NCBI GenBank assembly: GCA_963709585.1
Contig: CAVPXI010000021.1
Coordinates: 32,001 to 96,000, forward strand
Direction of reading: 5' to 3'
Source of the DNA: Candidatus Dormiibacterota bacterium
GTDB lineage: Bacteria; Chloroflexota; Dormibacteria; Aeolococcales; Aeolococcaceae
Length of the DNA stretch: 64,000 nt
The notes under the pieces were generated by a model. That model made no database searches. It was not told the DNA's origin and saw nothing but the letters and a program-made list of their open reading frames with translations. This document shows, piece by piece, positions 40,117 through 51,171 of this stretch (position 1 is its first letter; the number at the start of each line of letters is the position of its first letter). Position numbers and translations under genes: made by a program.

Positions 40117-41310
40117 TCAGCCGAAGGCGCTCTCGCCGGTGAGCTCCTTGCCGATGATCAGCGTGTGCACCTCCTCGGTGCCCTCGTAGGTGAGCACCGA
40201 TTCGAGGTTGGCCATGTGCCGCGCGACCGGGTATTCGAGCGTGATCCCATTGGCTCCGAGGATGGTGCGCGCGCTGCGCGCGATATCGAGAGCGGCGCGC
40301 ACGTTGGCCCGCTTGGCAATCGACACCTGGACCGGGTGCAGCCGGCCCTGGTCCTTCAGCGTGCCCAGCCGGTGCGCGAGCAGGCGGCCCTGAACGATCG
40401 CGGTCGCCATGTTCGCCAGCTTCTGCTGGGTCAGCTGCATCGCGCCGATCGGCTTGCCGAAGGCGCGGCGGGTCTTGCTGTACTCGAGCGCGGACTCGAA
40501 GCAGGCGCGCGCGGCACCCATCGCCCCCCAACCGATGCCGAATCGGGCCTCATTGAGGCACGACAGGGGACCGCGCATGCCGCTCACCCCGGGGAGGATG
40601 GCGCTGCCCGGCACCCGCACCGATTCGAAGGACAGCTCCGACGTCACCGACGCGCGCAGCGACAGCTTGTTGTGCACATCCGACGCGGTGAAGCCGCGCG
40701 TCCCGCGCTCGACGAGGAAACCTCGAACCCCCGAGTCGGTCGTCGCCCAGATCACGGCGATGTCGGCGATGGAGCCGTTGGTGATCCACATCTTGGTGCC
40801 GTTGATGACCCAGTCATCGCCGTCGCGGCGCGCCACGGTGCGCATCGACGAGGGATCCGATCCGGCGTCCGGCTCGGTCAGCCCGAAGCACCCGATCGCG
40901 CGCCCGGCGGCCATCTCCGGCAGCCAGCGCGACTTCTGCTCCTCGCTGCCGTACGTCGAGATCGGAAACATGGCAAGCGAGCCCTGCACCGAGACAAAGG
41001 ACCGCAACCCGCTGTCGCCCGCTTCGAGCTCCTCGCTCGCGACACCGTACGCGGTGGCCGAGGCTCCCGCACAACCGTAGCCGTGCAGGTGCATGCCCAG
41101 CAGGCCGAGCTCGGCGATGCCAGGGATGAGCTCACGCGGGAACGTGCCCGCCTCGAAGTGGTCCGGAATCAGTGGCAGCGCCTGGTCGCGTACGAACGCC
41201 CGGACGGTGTCGCGGATCAGGCGCTCGTCGTCGCCGAGCAGGTCGTCGACCGCGAAGAGGTCGGACGGGGCCAGCGCACGTGTCTGCGGTGCGCGCTCGG
41301 TGACGGCCAT
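40117..41310 (-). CDS. Acyl-CoA dehydrogenase (glutaryl-CoA dehydrogenase-like)
   Basis: GCFGLTEPDAGSDP; KMWITNG; LNEARFGI; TYEGT. Confidence 0.92.
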   Translation of the reverse strand: MAVTERAPQTRALAPSDLFAVDDLLGDDERLIRDTVRAFVRDQALPLIPDHFEAGTFPRELIPGIAELGLLGMHLHGYGCAGASATAYGVASEELEAGDSGLRSFVSVQGSLAMFPISTYGSEEQKSRWLPEMAAGRAIGCFGLTEPDAGSDPSSMRTVARRDGDDWVINGTKMWITNGSIADIAVIWATTDSGVRGFLVERGTRGFTASDVHNKLSLRASVTSELSFESVRVPGSAILPGVSGMRGPLSCLNEARFGIGWGAMGAARACFESALEYSKTRRAFGKPIGAMQLTQQKLANMATAIVQGRLLAHRLGTLKDQGRLHPVQVSIAKRANVRAALDIARSARTILGANGITLEYPVARHMANLESVLTYEGTEEVHTLIIGKELTGESAFG

Positions 41311-41331
41311 GCGCTCAGAGTACCCGGTTGA

Positions 41332-41748
41332 CTACGCGGCGACCGGCATCCCGGCGTCGACGAGCTGGCGGCGCAGGACCTCGCCGCTCGCGAAGCCGAC
41401 GTTGATCTCGGTCACCTGGCCGGATGCGTCGAGGACGATCGTCGTCGGCAGCGACATGACGCGATATCGACGAGCCAGCTCGGGTTCGGCGGCGATGTCG
41501 ATCTCGCGGATGTCGATGCCCGGGTCGATCCCGGCGGCGAGCGTGCGCAGCGCCGGCTTCTGCGCGGTGTGGCAGATCGTGCAGGCCTCACCGGTGAAAT
41601 ACAGGATGGACGGCAGCGGCCCGAGCGTGCCCGTGGTCTCGACGACGCGACCGACCAGCTCGCGCTGCCCACCGCGCTGCACCCGAAGCAGCAGGGCCAT
41701 GGCACCCACTGCCGCGATGGCGATCAAGGGGGCGAGCAGGAGGATCAT
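41332..41748 (-). CDS. Membrane-anchored thioredoxin-like protein
   Basis: N-terminal TM; CTIC motif; VMSLPT. Confidence 0.85.
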   Translation of the reverse strand: MILLLAPLIAIAAVGAMALLLRVQRGGQRELVGRVVETTGTLGPLPSILYFTGEACTICHTAQKPALRTLAAGIDPGIDIREIDIAAEPELARRYRVMSLPTTIVLDASGQVTEINVGFASGEVLRRQLVDAGMPVAA

Positions 41749-42206
41749 CTCGCGGGGTCGCGCGCGAGCGGCAGCAGCCCGATGCGCACCAGTTGGGCAT
41801 ACATGATGCAGCCGACGCAAATGTTGAACGCGAAGTTGAGGAAGGCGAGCGCGGCCACGATCCAGGCCAGCACCCACGCCACCAGGACCAGCCCGGTGAT
41901 GACGAACACGCTCGCCGCGGCAAGGAACACGCCACCGACCAGCTGCGCGAAACGGTGCGGCGCCGGATCCTCCTGAACGACGCGTGGCTTCACGATGCCC
42001 GCGGGCTTGAGCCAGCGGAGGTACACGAGACGGGGGACGTTGAGCGAGGGGGATCCGACCGCTGCGAGCATCATCACCGCCAGCACGGGGAGCACCCAAG
42101 CGACCGGCTGATAGGCCAGCCCGATGAGGTAGCCGACCACGATGACGCCCATCAGGATTGCCTGATTGACCTTGGGAACGCTGCGATCGAATGGGACGAC
42201 TGCCAC
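41745..42206 (-). CDS. DUF4395 membrane protein
   Basis: EDPAPHRFAQLVG; FNICVGCIMY. Confidence 0.85.
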   Translation of the reverse strand: MAVVPFDRSVPKVNQAILMGVIVVGYLIGLAYQPVAWVLPVLAVMMLAAVGSPSLNVPRLVYLRWLKPAGIVKPRVVQEDPAPHRFAQLVGGVFLAAASVFVITGLVLVAWVLAWIVAALAFLNFAFNICVGCIMYAQLVRIGLLPLARDPAR

Positions 42207-42310
42207 GATGCTGAAATGATACCGCGCAGGTCAGGTATTACACCCCGCCCCACCGGGACGCCGACGTGCCAGAGTTGGGCGTCGCTCAGCCCAGCCTCGC
42301 GGAGGTGTTC

Positions 42311-42892
42311 GTGACCCTCGAAGGATCGGCCCAACTCGACCTCGACGATGTCCGCGTCGGCGCCGCCTACGAGCTTGTCCGCGGCGACGAACGCCGGCGC
42401 GTTGCCGAGCTGAAACGCCTCCGCCGGATCCACCTCGGCGAAACGCTCGCCCTGGTGTTCGAGAGCCGGGAGACGATTCGCTCGACCCTCGAGGAGGCGC
42501 TGCGCACCGAGCGCATCGACGACCCGGATCGGGTCACCGGCGAGATCGCGGCGTTCAATGCGGTGGTGCCCGACCCCGGTCAGCTCGTCGCGGTGCTCTT
42601 CCTCGAGGTGGCCGATCCGGCCGACCTTGCAGCCGCCGCCGCGCACCTCGAGGGCGTCGAGGACAGCGTGTTCATCGAGGTCGCCGGAACCCGGGTCCGG
42701 GGGGTTCCCGAAACGATCTCACCCCCGGGTGAGAGCGCGCCGGCGCACTACCTCCGCTTCAGCCTCGGGTCGGAGCAACGCGCCGCGATCGTCGGTGGTT
42801 CGGCGATCGCCGCCGGGACCGACCATGCCAATCTCAGCGTGAGCGTCCAACTCGATGAGGACCAGCGCCGAGCGATCGTCGCCGATCTCTGA
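42311..42892 (+). CDS. DUF3501 family protein
   Basis: KRLRRIHLGETLALVFESRETI; EIAAFNAVVP; HYLRF; GGAGGT RBS before GTG. Confidence 0.75.
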   Translation: MTLEGSAQLDLDDVRVGAAYELVRGDERRRVAELKRLRRIHLGETLALVFESRETIRSTLEEALRTERIDDPDRVTGEIAAFNAVVPDPGQLVAVLFLEVADPADLAAAAAHLEGVEDSVFIEVAGTRVRGVPETISPPGESAPAHYLRFSLGSEQRAAIVGGSAIAAGTDHANLSVSVQLDEDQRRAIVADL

Positions 42893-42911
42893 TTCCCGGC
42901 CCTCGCCGGCG

Positions 42912-44024
42912 TCAACGCCTGCCGGAGCTGCTGCTCAGTGCAACCTCCCGGTAAGCCGCGGCGGTCATGGTCGCGGTCTGCTCCCACGTGTAGCCGGCAG
43001 CGCGGTCGATGCCCGCATGGCGCATCCGCGCGGCGCGGACCGGTTCGGTGAGCACCGATTCGATGGCCGCCGACAGAGCGGCGGGATCGCCGGGTGGCAC
43101 CAGCACCGCCACGTCCAGGGTCAGCTGGGGAAGGTTCCCGACCGCCGTGGCGACCAGCGGCGCCGCGCATGCCATGGCCTCGAGCGCCGTCAACCCGAAG
43201 CCCTCATGCGTTGACGGCAGGACCACGAGCGCAGCCTGACGGTACAGCGACGCGAGGTCGTCATCGTCGACCGGCCCGCAGAGGACGATGCGCACGTGCC
43301 GCCGCCAGGCATCGGCGGCGAGGCGGTCGGCCTCGGGGCCCAGCACGCCGGCCAGGGCCAGCGGCGGACCCCCTCCGGGAAGCCGCTCCATCGCCTCGAG
43401 GAGGGTGTCGAGCCCTTTGCGCGGGTCGCGCGAACGCAGGCTCCCCACCCAGAGCACGAACGGTTCCTCGAGCCCCAGGGCCTCGGCGACCCGGGCATCG
43501 CGAAGCTTCGGCCGTCCCGAGAAAACCCGTCCGACCCCATGCGGCACCACGTGAATCCGCGCCGGGTCGAGATCAAGCGCGGCGATGGCCTCCTCCCGAG
43601 TTGTCTCGCTCACCGCGATGACCCCCGCGCACGCACGGATGACCGGGGCCAGGAGCGCTCCATAGAGGCGGCGCGCTGAGCCGGCGGCTCCCAGAGCCGG
43701 CGCCCCTCGCCACATCTCGACGTCGTGCAGCGTCACCACCTGGCGAGCTGTCGGGAAGCCGATGACCGGCTCCCCGCCGAGCCCATGGACCAGGTGCGGA
43801 TGCCCGGCGATCGCCTCGGCGAGCGCGTGCGGCTGCGCCTGGAGAAACCGCGCGGGGCGTGCCTCGCTCCAGGCGGGCGTGGCTGGAATGGACGGCGTGA
43901 CCTCGAGATCGGGCACCTGGCGCAGCGCGTCGATCAGCTGGCGCGCGTAGCGCCCGATCCCAGCGTCCCGACGGCCGTCGCTCAGACAGCTCGCCTCGAG
44001 CAGGACGCGCATCGGTCTCGGCAT
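42912..44024 (-). CDS. Glycosyltransferase family 4
   Basis: GIGRY; RKGLDTLL; [13 protein letters not shown]. Confidence 0.92.
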   Translation of the reverse strand: MPRPMRVLLEASCLSDGRRDAGIGRYARQLIDALRQVPDLEVTPSIPATPAWSEARPARFLQAQPHALAEAIAGHPHLVHGLGGEPVIGFPTARQVVTLHDVEMWRGAPALGAAGSARRLYGALLAPVIRACAGVIAVSETTREEAIAALDLDPARIHVVPHGVGRVFSGRPKLRDARVAEALGLEEPFVLWVGSLRSRDPRKGLDTLLEAMERLPGGGPPLALAGVLGPEADRLAADAWRRHVRIVLCGPVDDDDLASLYRQAALVVLPSTHEGFGLTALEAMACAAPLVATAVGNLPQLTLDVAVLVPPGDPAALSAAIESVLTEPVRAARMRHAGIDRAAGYTWEQTATMTAAAYREVALSSSSGRR

Positions 44025-44075
44025 CGAGGCTTTGTAGCAGGCTCGGCACCCGGCACCGCTGGCACAATGGATTCG

Positions 44076-46244
44076 ATGCCGAACTCGCGTTCCCTCATGC
44101 CGTTCACCGCTCTCGTCGGCCAGGAGGCGATGAAGACCGCGCTGGTCCTCAACGCCATCAACCCGGGCATCGGTGGCGTGCTCATTCGGGGCCAGCGGGG
44201 CACCGCCAAGTCGACCGCGGTCCGGGCACTGGCCCGGCTGCTCCCCGAGATCGACGTCATCGCCGGATGCCGCTATCGGTGCGATCCCGACGAGCCGGCG
44301 ACGTGGTGCGATGACTGTCGCGCTCGCGCCGAAGCCGGGGTCGCCCCGGTCGTCGAGCGCCGCCGGACCCGGGTCGTGGAGTTGCCCGTCAACGCGTCAG
44401 AGGATCGCGTCGTCGGGACCATCGACACCGAGACCGCCATCAAGCTCGGGGAACGCCGATTCGAGCCGGGCCTCCTCGCCGACGCCAACCGCGGCATCCT
44501 CTACGTGGACGAGGTGAACCTGCTCGACGATCACATCGTCGACGTCCTCCTCGACGCCGCGGCGATGGGATGGAACGTCGTGGAGCGCGAGGGCATCTCC
44601 TTCTCGCACCCGTCGCGCTTCATCCTCGTGGGCACGATGAACCCCGAGGAGGGGGACCTTCGGCCTCAGCTGCTCGATCGCTTCGGGCTCTGCGTCGATA
44701 TCACCGGGCTCCGCGACCTCGACGAGCGGGTGCGCATCATGGAGCGCGATTCGCGCCGGAGCGAGGACGGAGCCGGCCTCGAGCGTGACTTCCTGGGCGA
44801 TGAGGACCACCTCAAGACGGTCATCCAGGAGGCCAAACTCTTGCTGCCGAGGGTGGAGATCCCGCCCACGATCGGGTGGTTCATCGCCCTGGTGTGCATC
44901 GACGCCGGTACGCTCGGCCATCGTGCCGACATCGTGGTGAGCAGCGCGGCGCGGACCGTGCGCGCCTGGGATGAAGCCGAGAAGGTGGTGCGAGCGCGGG
45001 TTTCGGGAGCCCCCGCCGAGGCGGACGACCGCCTGATCGTGACCACCGCCGACGCCACCACGGCGGCCGAGCTTGCGCTCGCCCATCGCCGGCGGAGCCG
45101 TCAGGACGGAGTGTCCCAAGCCGCCGGGACCGCCGCGGAACGCGCCCGCGAGCGGCTCGAGGAGATCGCGCAGGAGGCCGAGGCGGCGGTTGTGTCCGAG
45201 CAGACCTCCGAAGCGGGCGAGCAGCCGCCGGACAACTCCGGCAGCGGCGAGGAGGGCGAGAGCCCTGGCCAGGTGCAGGGCAGCGAGCAGGCGACCCAGG
45301 CGGTGACCCGGCGCAGCGCCGAGCAACTCTTCGAGGGCGAGATCTTCCCGGTACGGAAGATCGCGTTGCCCCGAGACCGCCGGAGCCGCGCCACGTCGGG
45401 CAAGCGCAGCTCGTCGCAGAGCAGCGACAAGCGCGGTCGCTACGTCCGGGCGACCCAGACCGAGAAGACGACCGACATCGCGTTCGACGCCACCATGCGC
45501 GCGGCGGCGCCGCACCAGATCCGCCGCCGCTCCGAGCAGCCCGCCGGCAAGGTCGGTCCGGCGATCCACGTCGAGCGCCAGGATCTCCGCCAGAAGGTAC
45601 GCCGCCGCCGCACCGGAACCCTGATCGTGTTCGTGGTCGACGCCAGCGCGTCGATGGATGCCGAACAACGCATGCAGGCGACCAAGGGCGCGGTGCTCTC
45701 CCTGCTCCGCGACGCGTATCTGCGTCGCGACAAGGTGTCGCTCGTGGTCTTCTCGGGCCGCGCCGCACGCGTGGTCCTCCAGCCCACAGCGTCGGTCGAC
45801 CTCGCCGAGCAGCGGCTGCAGCGGCTCACGGTGGGCGGGACGACGCCGTTGACCCACGGACTGGTCGCCGGGCTCCGGATCGTGCGCACCGAACGCCTGC
45901 GTGACCCGAGCGTGTATCCGTTGGTGGTGCTGATCAGCGACGGACGGGGGAACATCTCGCTCTTCGGCGAGGAGCCGCTCGTCGAGGCGCAGCGCATCGC
46001 GGAACAGCTCGGCGCCGACGGCGTGCACATGCTGGTCATCGACTCAGCGCGCGATCACACGACGCGACCGATACCCCGGGTCCAAGGTCACAGCCGGCCA
46101 CCGCTCTTCGGGGGCTATGGGTTCAACGCCTGCCGTGATCTCGCCGACCGCGCCGGCGGCGAGTATCTCGGGCTCTTCGATCTCTCCCAGGGCGCCATTG
46201 TCGAGGGTGTCGAGAAGACGCTTCGAGGTCGCATGGCACAATGA
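44076..46244 (+). CDS. ChlD/BchD-like chelatase subunit (AAA+ + acidic linker + vWA)
   Basis: GQRGTAKST; YVDEVN; LLDRFG; VDASASM MIDAS; GGTTPL; SDGRGN. Confidence 0.88.
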   Translation: MPNSRSLMPFTALVGQEAMKTALVLNAINPGIGGVLIRGQRGTAKSTAVRALARLLPEIDVIAGCRYRCDPDEPATWCDDCRARAEAGVAPVVERRRTRVVELPVNASEDRVVGTIDTETAIKLGERRFEPGLLADANRGILYVDEVNLLDDHIVDVLLDAAAMGWNVVEREGISFSHPSRFILVGTMNPEEGDLRPQLLDRFGLCVDITGLRDLDERVRIMERDSRRSEDGAGLERDFLGDEDHLKTVIQEAKLLLPRVEIPPTIGWFIALVCIDAGTLGHRADIVVSSAARTVRAWDEAEKVVRARVSGAPAEADDRLIVTTADATTAAELALAHRRRSRQDGVSQAAGTAAERARERLEEIAQEAEAAVVSEQTSEAGEQPPDNSGSGEEGESPGQVQGSEQATQAVTRRSAEQLFEGEIFPVRKIALPRDRRSRATSGKRSSSQSSDKRGRYVRATQTEKTTDIAFDATMRAAAPHQIRRRSEQPAGKVGPAIHVERQDLRQKVRRRRTGTLIVFVVDASASMDAEQRMQATKGAVLSLLRDAYLRRDKVSLVVFSGRAARVVLQPTASVDLAEQRLQRLTVGGTTPLTHGLVAGLRIVRTERLRDPSVYPLVVLISDGRGNISLFGEEPLVEAQRIAEQLGADGVHMLVIDSARDHTTRPIPRVQGHSRPPLFGGYGFNACRDLADRAGGEYLGLFDLSQGAIVEGVEKTLRGRMAQ

Positions 46245-47305
46245 ATGTGATGCAGACCGGCAGAAACGTGTTCCCGTTCACCGCGATCGTGGGACAGGAT
46301 CGGATGAAACAGGCTCTCGTTCTCAACGCGATCAACCCCGCGATCGGCGGTGTGCTGATCCGCGGAGAGAAGGGGACTGCGAAATCGACCGCTGTCCGCT
46401 CGCTGACGAAACTCCTGCCGGGCCTTGACGTCGTCGCCGATTGCCGCTACGGCTGCCCGCCCGATGACGCCGACTTGCAGTGCACCGAATGCACCGACCG
46501 TGTGGTGAGCGGGGAGACGCTGCCGCGCGGGCGCCGGCGGATGCGCGTGGTGGAATTGCCCATCAACGCATCCGAGGATCGCGTCGTCGGGGCCATCGAT
46601 ATCGAGGCGGCGATCAAACGCGGTGAGAAGGAGTTCGAGCCGGGCGTGCTCGCCGAAGCGAACCGCAACATCCTGTACGTCGACGAGGTGAACCTCCTCG
46701 ACGATCACATCGTCGACGTGCTCCTCGACGCCGCCGCGATGGGTCAGAACACCGTCGAGCGTGAGGGTGTCTCGGTGTCGCATCCGTCGCGCTTCATCCT
46801 CGTCGGCACCATGAACCCGGAGGAAGGCGAGCTTCGCCCGCAGTTGCTCGACCGTTTCGGGTTGTGCGTCGATGTCGAGGGCATTCGCGATGTTCGTCAG
46901 CGCGTCGAGATCGTTGAACGGCGCGAGGCGTTTGAAGAGGATCCCAGCGCGTTCGCCGCGCGTTTCGAGCCCACCGAGCGGGCGGAGGCCGACCGTATCG
47001 CGCACGCGATGTCGATGCTCTCCGACGTGGTGGTGGATCGCAACATCCTCGTGGCCATCGCCGCGCTGAGCATCGAGCTCGAGGTGGACGGCCACCGCGC
47101 CGACATCGTCACGCGCAAGGCCGCGCAGGCGCTTGCGGCGCACGAGGATCGCGCCGCTGTGGGGATCGACGACGTCGAGCACGTCGCGCCCATGGTGCTG
47201 GCCCACCGTGTCAAGCCCGGGCTCTCGGGGAGCCGCCGCGGGCTCGCCGATCTTGCGGAGATTCTGCGCACCGCGCACGACGGCGACGGCGCGCATCCAG
47301 CGTAG
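46241..47305 (+). CDS. ChlI/BchI-like chelatase AAA+ subunit
   Basis: FPFTAIVGQ; GEKGTAKST; YVDEVNLL; [16 protein letters not shown]; DGHRAD. Confidence 0.9.
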   Translation: MNVMQTGRNVFPFTAIVGQDRMKQALVLNAINPAIGGVLIRGEKGTAKSTAVRSLTKLLPGLDVVADCRYGCPPDDADLQCTECTDRVVSGETLPRGRRRMRVVELPINASEDRVVGAIDIEAAIKRGEKEFEPGVLAEANRNILYVDEVNLLDDHIVDVLLDAAAMGQNTVEREGVSVSHPSRFILVGTMNPEEGELRPQLLDRFGLCVDVEGIRDVRQRVEIVERREAFEEDPSAFAARFEPTERAEADRIAHAMSMLSDVVVDRNILVAIAALSIELEVDGHRADIVTRKAAQALAAHEDRAAVGIDDVEHVAPMVLAHRVKPGLSGSRRGLADLAEILRTAHDGDGAHPA

Positions 47306-47322
47306 TCATCCCTCCGGCACGC

Positions 47323-49125
47323 ATGCGTCTTGACCGAATCCGCAACTTCAGCATCATCGCGCACATCGATCATGGCAAGTCCACCCTTGCCGACCGGCTG
47401 CTCGAGGCGACTGGGACGGTGGCGTTGCGCGACATGCAGGACCAGGTGCTCGACCAGCTCGACCTCGAACGCGAGCGCGGCATCACCATCAAGGCGCAGG
47501 CGGTTCGACTGGCGTACACCGCCGCCGACGGCATCGCCTACGAGTTGAATCTCATCGACACCCCTGGCCATGTCGACTTTGCGTATGAGGTGTCGCGATC
47601 GCTCGCCGCGTGCGAGGGCGCGTTGCTGGTCGTCGATGCCACCCAGGGCGTGGAGGCGCAGACCCTCGCCAACGTCTACCAGGCGCTCGACAATCACCTC
47701 GAGGTGATCCCGGTCATCAACAAGATCGACCTCGCCAACGCGGACGCCGAACTGGTCCGGCGTGAGATCGAAGAGGTCATCGGTATCCCCGCCGACGACG
47801 CCATCCTCACCAGTGCGCGCCAGGGCATCGGCATCGACCTGGTGCTCGAGGCGATCGTCAAGCGTGTGCCGCCTCCCAAGGGCGACCGCGACGGGTCGTT
47901 GCGGGCGCTTATCTTCGACGCGAAGTACGACGCGTACCGCGGAGTGGTCGTCTACGTCCGCATCGTGGATGGCCGCATCGCCGCCGGGATGCGCATCCGG
48001 ATGATGAACAACCAGAGTGAGTTCGTCGTCGACGAGGTGGGAGTCTTCGCCCCGGCGATGACGCCCGTCGACGAGCTGCTCTGTGGTGAGGTCGGGTACT
48101 TCATCGCCTCGATCAAGAATGTCCGTGACAGCAAGGTCGGCGACACGGTGACCGATGCCGCGCATCCCACGACGCATCCGCTGCCCGGCTACCGTGCGGT
48201 CACGCCGATGGTCTACGCCGGCATCTTCCCGGTCAACTCCGACGATGTCACCGACCTCAAGGAGGCCCTGCAGCGGCTCAATCTCAACGACGCGTCGCTG
48301 GTCTTCGAACCCGAATCGTCGGCGGCGCTCGGGTTCGGTTTCCGCTGCGGTTTCCTCGGGCTGCTCCACATGGAGATCGTCCAGGAGCGCCTGGAACGCG
48401 AGTTCAACCTCTCGTTGATCACGACCGCGCCGACCGTCGAATACCGGGTGCGACTCCGCTCGGGCGAGGTGATCGCCATCGACAACCCCGAGATGCTGCC
48501 CGACGCCTCGAACATCGACGCCATCGAGGAACCGCGAACCAAGGCGACGATCATCGTGCCGAGCACATATGTCGGTGCGATCATGGAACTGTGCCAGGAG
48601 CGCCGGGGTGAGTTCCAGCACATGGACTACCAGCCCGGGGACCGTGTCGCGCTCACCTATGACCTCCCGCTGGGCGAGATCATCCACGACTTCTACGACC
48701 AGTTGAAGTCGCGCAGCCGTGGCTATGCATCACTCGATTACGAGATCACCGGCTTCCGCGCCGAGTCGCTGGTCAAGCTCGACATCCTCGTCGGCGGGCA
48801 GCGTGTCGACGCGCTGAGCATGATCGTGCACCGCGACCGGGCGAACGCGAACGGCCGGAAGCTGGCCGAACGCCTGCGCAAGCTGATCCCGCGTCAGCTC
48901 TTCGAAGTGCCCATACAGGCAGCCATCGGTGGCAAGATCGTCGCCCGTGAAACCGTGTCTGCCATGCGCAAGGACGTGCTTGCCAAGTGCTACGGCGGAG
49001 ACATCACGCGGAAGCGCAAGCTGCTCGAGAAGCAGCGCGAAGGCAAGCGCCGCATGAAAAGGGTGGGCAACGTGGAGATTCCCCAGGAGGCATTCATGGC
49101 AGTCCTCAAGATGGACGAGCAGTAG
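47323..49125 (+). CDS. lepA: Elongation factor 4
   Basis: [17 protein letters not shown]; [11 protein letters not shown]; [17 protein letters not shown]. Confidence 0.98.
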   Translation: MRLDRIRNFSIIAHIDHGKSTLADRLLEATGTVALRDMQDQVLDQLDLERERGITIKAQAVRLAYTAADGIAYELNLIDTPGHVDFAYEVSRSLAACEGALLVVDATQGVEAQTLANVYQALDNHLEVIPVINKIDLANADAELVRREIEEVIGIPADDAILTSARQGIGIDLVLEAIVKRVPPPKGDRDGSLRALIFDAKYDAYRGVVVYVRIVDGRIAAGMRIRMMNNQSEFVVDEVGVFAPAMTPVDELLCGEVGYFIASIKNVRDSKVGDTVTDAAHPTTHPLPGYRAVTPMVYAGIFPVNSDDVTDLKEALQRLNLNDASLVFEPESSAALGFGFRCGFLGLLHMEIVQERLEREFNLSLITTAPTVEYRVRLRSGEVIAIDNPEMLPDASNIDAIEEPRTKATIIVPSTYVGAIMELCQERRGEFQHMDYQPGDRVALTYDLPLGEIIHDFYDQLKSRSRGYASLDYEITGFRAESLVKLDILVGGQRVDALSMIVHRDRANANGRKLAERLRKLIPRQLFEVPIQAAIGGKIVARETVSAMRKDVLAKCYGGDITRKRKLLEKQREGKRRMKRVGNVEIPQEAFMAVLKMDEQ

Positions 49126-49136
49126 GTGGACGCCTG

Positions 49137-49923
49137 ATGCCACGGCCGAATCCACCTCGCAAACGTCCGCGCCGGCGTCCCGACACCCAGGAACGGTCGG
49201 CGCGCGCCGAGGTCTCGCTTGCCAAGCAGACCGCGCAGGTCAAGGAGAAGAACGGCTCCGCGGACGGCCGGAAACCGTCAAATGCAAAACAGCCGGCGGC
49301 AAAGGCCGGCGCCAAGAGGATTCTTCGGGTCGCGCGGCGGCATGGACGAACCATTCATCCCGTGGGCCAAGCGCTCCTACCTGGTCCTGATCGCCCTGCT
49401 CGCCGCCGCCGAGGTCGTGGTCGGGTCGCTGGCATTCTTCACCCTCCCGAATCCGAAGCCCGCCTTCGGTCTATACGTCCTCGGGGTCAGCTACAACCCG
49501 CTGGTCCCGGTGGCGGCCGCGCTCGTCGCCGCGCCGCTCGCGAAGCTCATCACCAAGGAGATTCGCTCCCTGCGCTTCATGGAGTCGGCGATGGCGGGGA
49601 TCATGCAGTACTTCGTCTGGCTGGCCCTCTTCGTCGCTCTCACGTACCTGATCGGCGGCTTCAACTCGTCGAAGACCGCCGCGACGACCGTCTCGACGCC
49701 GACCGCCATCGTCGGGCTCATCGTCATCGACATCCTCAGCTTCGTGGGAACCTTCTACCTGTATCCGGTGCTCTACAAGTTCATGCGCAGGCGCCCGCCG
49801 CCGCGAGCTGCCTCCACGAGGAAGCCGAAGCCGGCGGAGTCCCCGCAGCGTGCGAAATCGATCGTCGACAGGATGGACGATGCGTCGGCGCGGGACCCAC
49901 AAGCGAAGGGCCCGACGCCATAA
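49137..49923 (+). CDS. Hypothetical membrane protein (apparent frameshift near 49320)
   Basis: Basic N-terminus in one frame, about 4 TM helices in ORF 49219-49923. Confidence 0.6.
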
Positions 49924-49940
49924 CCGCCGGATTCGACGAC

Positions 49941-51095
49941 GTGCGCTCGCTCTACCTGCACATTCCGTTCTGCGAGCGGAAATGCGAGTACTGCGATTTC
50001 ACGAGCATCGCCGGAGTCACGGGGTCGGGCGAGTACATGGATGCACTCTGCGCTGAGGTCCGCCAGCTGGGCGGACGCCTCGGCAGGCTGTCCCTCGACA
50101 CCGTCTTCATCGGTGGGGGCACGCCGTCCCTGGTCGAGCCCGAGCTGCTCGCGGGCCTGGTTGCAACGGTTCGGAGCACGTTCTCGATCGCGGCCGGCGC
50201 CGAGGTGACCATGGAGGCGAACCCGTCGAGCATCAACACCGACCGTGCGCGGGTGTGGAAGGCGGCGGGGGTCAATCGGATCAGCATCGGCGTGCAGAGC
50301 CTCGAAGCCGACGCGTTGAGCTTTCTCGGCCGGGTGCACGACGCGGAGCGCGCCCTGACCGCCGTCGCCGAGGTGCGTGAGGCGGGCTTCACCGCCATCA
50401 ACTGCGACCTCATCTATGCCGTTCCGGGTCTCGGCGACACCCGCTGGCGGCGCACCCTCGAGCGCGTGGTTGCTGCCGGCCCCACGCACATCTCCTGCTA
50501 CGAGCTGACCGTCGAGCCCGGGACCCCGTTGCATACGCGGGTCCGCCGCGGACTGGTGAGGCCGGTCGAGGGCGTTCGCTCGATGCGCCAGCATCGCATC
50601 GCCGTCGAGGTGTTGGAGCGCGCGGGCTACGCGCAGTACGAGGTGAGCAACTTCGCGCTTCCCGGTGCCGAGTGCCGCCACAACCTCGTCTACTGGCACA
50701 ACGGGTACTACGCCGCTGCGGGCGTCGGCGCCCACGGGCATCTCCCGGCGGCGGCGGCCGCGGCGATCGGGCTGGAGGTCGAGGCCGGGGCGGTCTCGAT
50801 GCGCCACTGGCACGGGCGCGGCATCGCCGCCTACGGGCGCGCGGTCAGGGCGGGACAACTCCCCGTGGCCGGCTCGGAGCCGGTCGATCCGGGGATGCGC
50901 GAGCAGGAGCGGGTGATGCTCGGGTTGCGCCTCCGCGAGGGGGTGCGCGTCGGCGCATCGAGCCTCGACGAGGCCCGTTCGCTCGAGGGCCAGGGGCTTG
51001 TCGTCATCGACGGCGACCGGGTCCGCGCGACCGCTCGGGGCGAGGCCGTGCTCAACCAGGTCACGCTCCGATTGGTGGGCGACCAGGCTGCTTAG
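49941..51095 (+). CDS. hemW: Radical SAM heme chaperone HemW
   Basis: LYLHIPFCERKCEYCDF; GGGTPS; YEVSNFA; HNLVYW; position between lepA and hrcA. Confidence 0.92.
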   Translation: MRSLYLHIPFCERKCEYCDFTSIAGVTGSGEYMDALCAEVRQLGGRLGRLSLDTVFIGGGTPSLVEPELLAGLVATVRSTFSIAAGAEVTMEANPSSINTDRARVWKAAGVNRISIGVQSLEADALSFLGRVHDAERALTAVAEVREAGFTAINCDLIYAVPGLGDTRWRRTLERVVAAGPTHISCYELTVEPGTPLHTRVRRGLVRPVEGVRSMRQHRIAVEVLERAGYAQYEVSNFALPGAECRHNLVYWHNGYYAAAGVGAHGHLPAAAAAAIGLEVEAGAVSMRHWHGRGIAAYGRAVRAGQLPVAGSEPVDPGMREQERVMLGLRLREGVRVGASSLDEARSLEGQGLVVIDGDRVRATARGEAVLNQVTLRLVGDQAA

Positions 51096-51104
51096 CTGGT
51101 ACGC

Positions 51105-51131
51105 TTAGCACTCAACCCTGACGAGTGCTAA
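51105..51131 (+). promoter_or_regulatory. CIRCE element
   Basis: TTAGCACTC-aaccctgac-GAGTGCTAA, perfect consensus upstream of hrcA. Confidence 0.97.
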
Positions 51132-51171
51132 CAACGCCGGCGACCGGCCGCACCGTCGCCTCGGGCCACAC

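Noticed and set aside
44076-47305. Evidence for photosynthesis, or a programmed chlD frameshift
   Set aside because: No bch/chl pathway genes are present; the D-like gene is a single frame and a separate I gene exists
48987-51095. 702-aa membrane protein-HemW fusion
   Set aside because: Chance open frame; HemW motifs begin at about 49941, after a separate membrane protein gene
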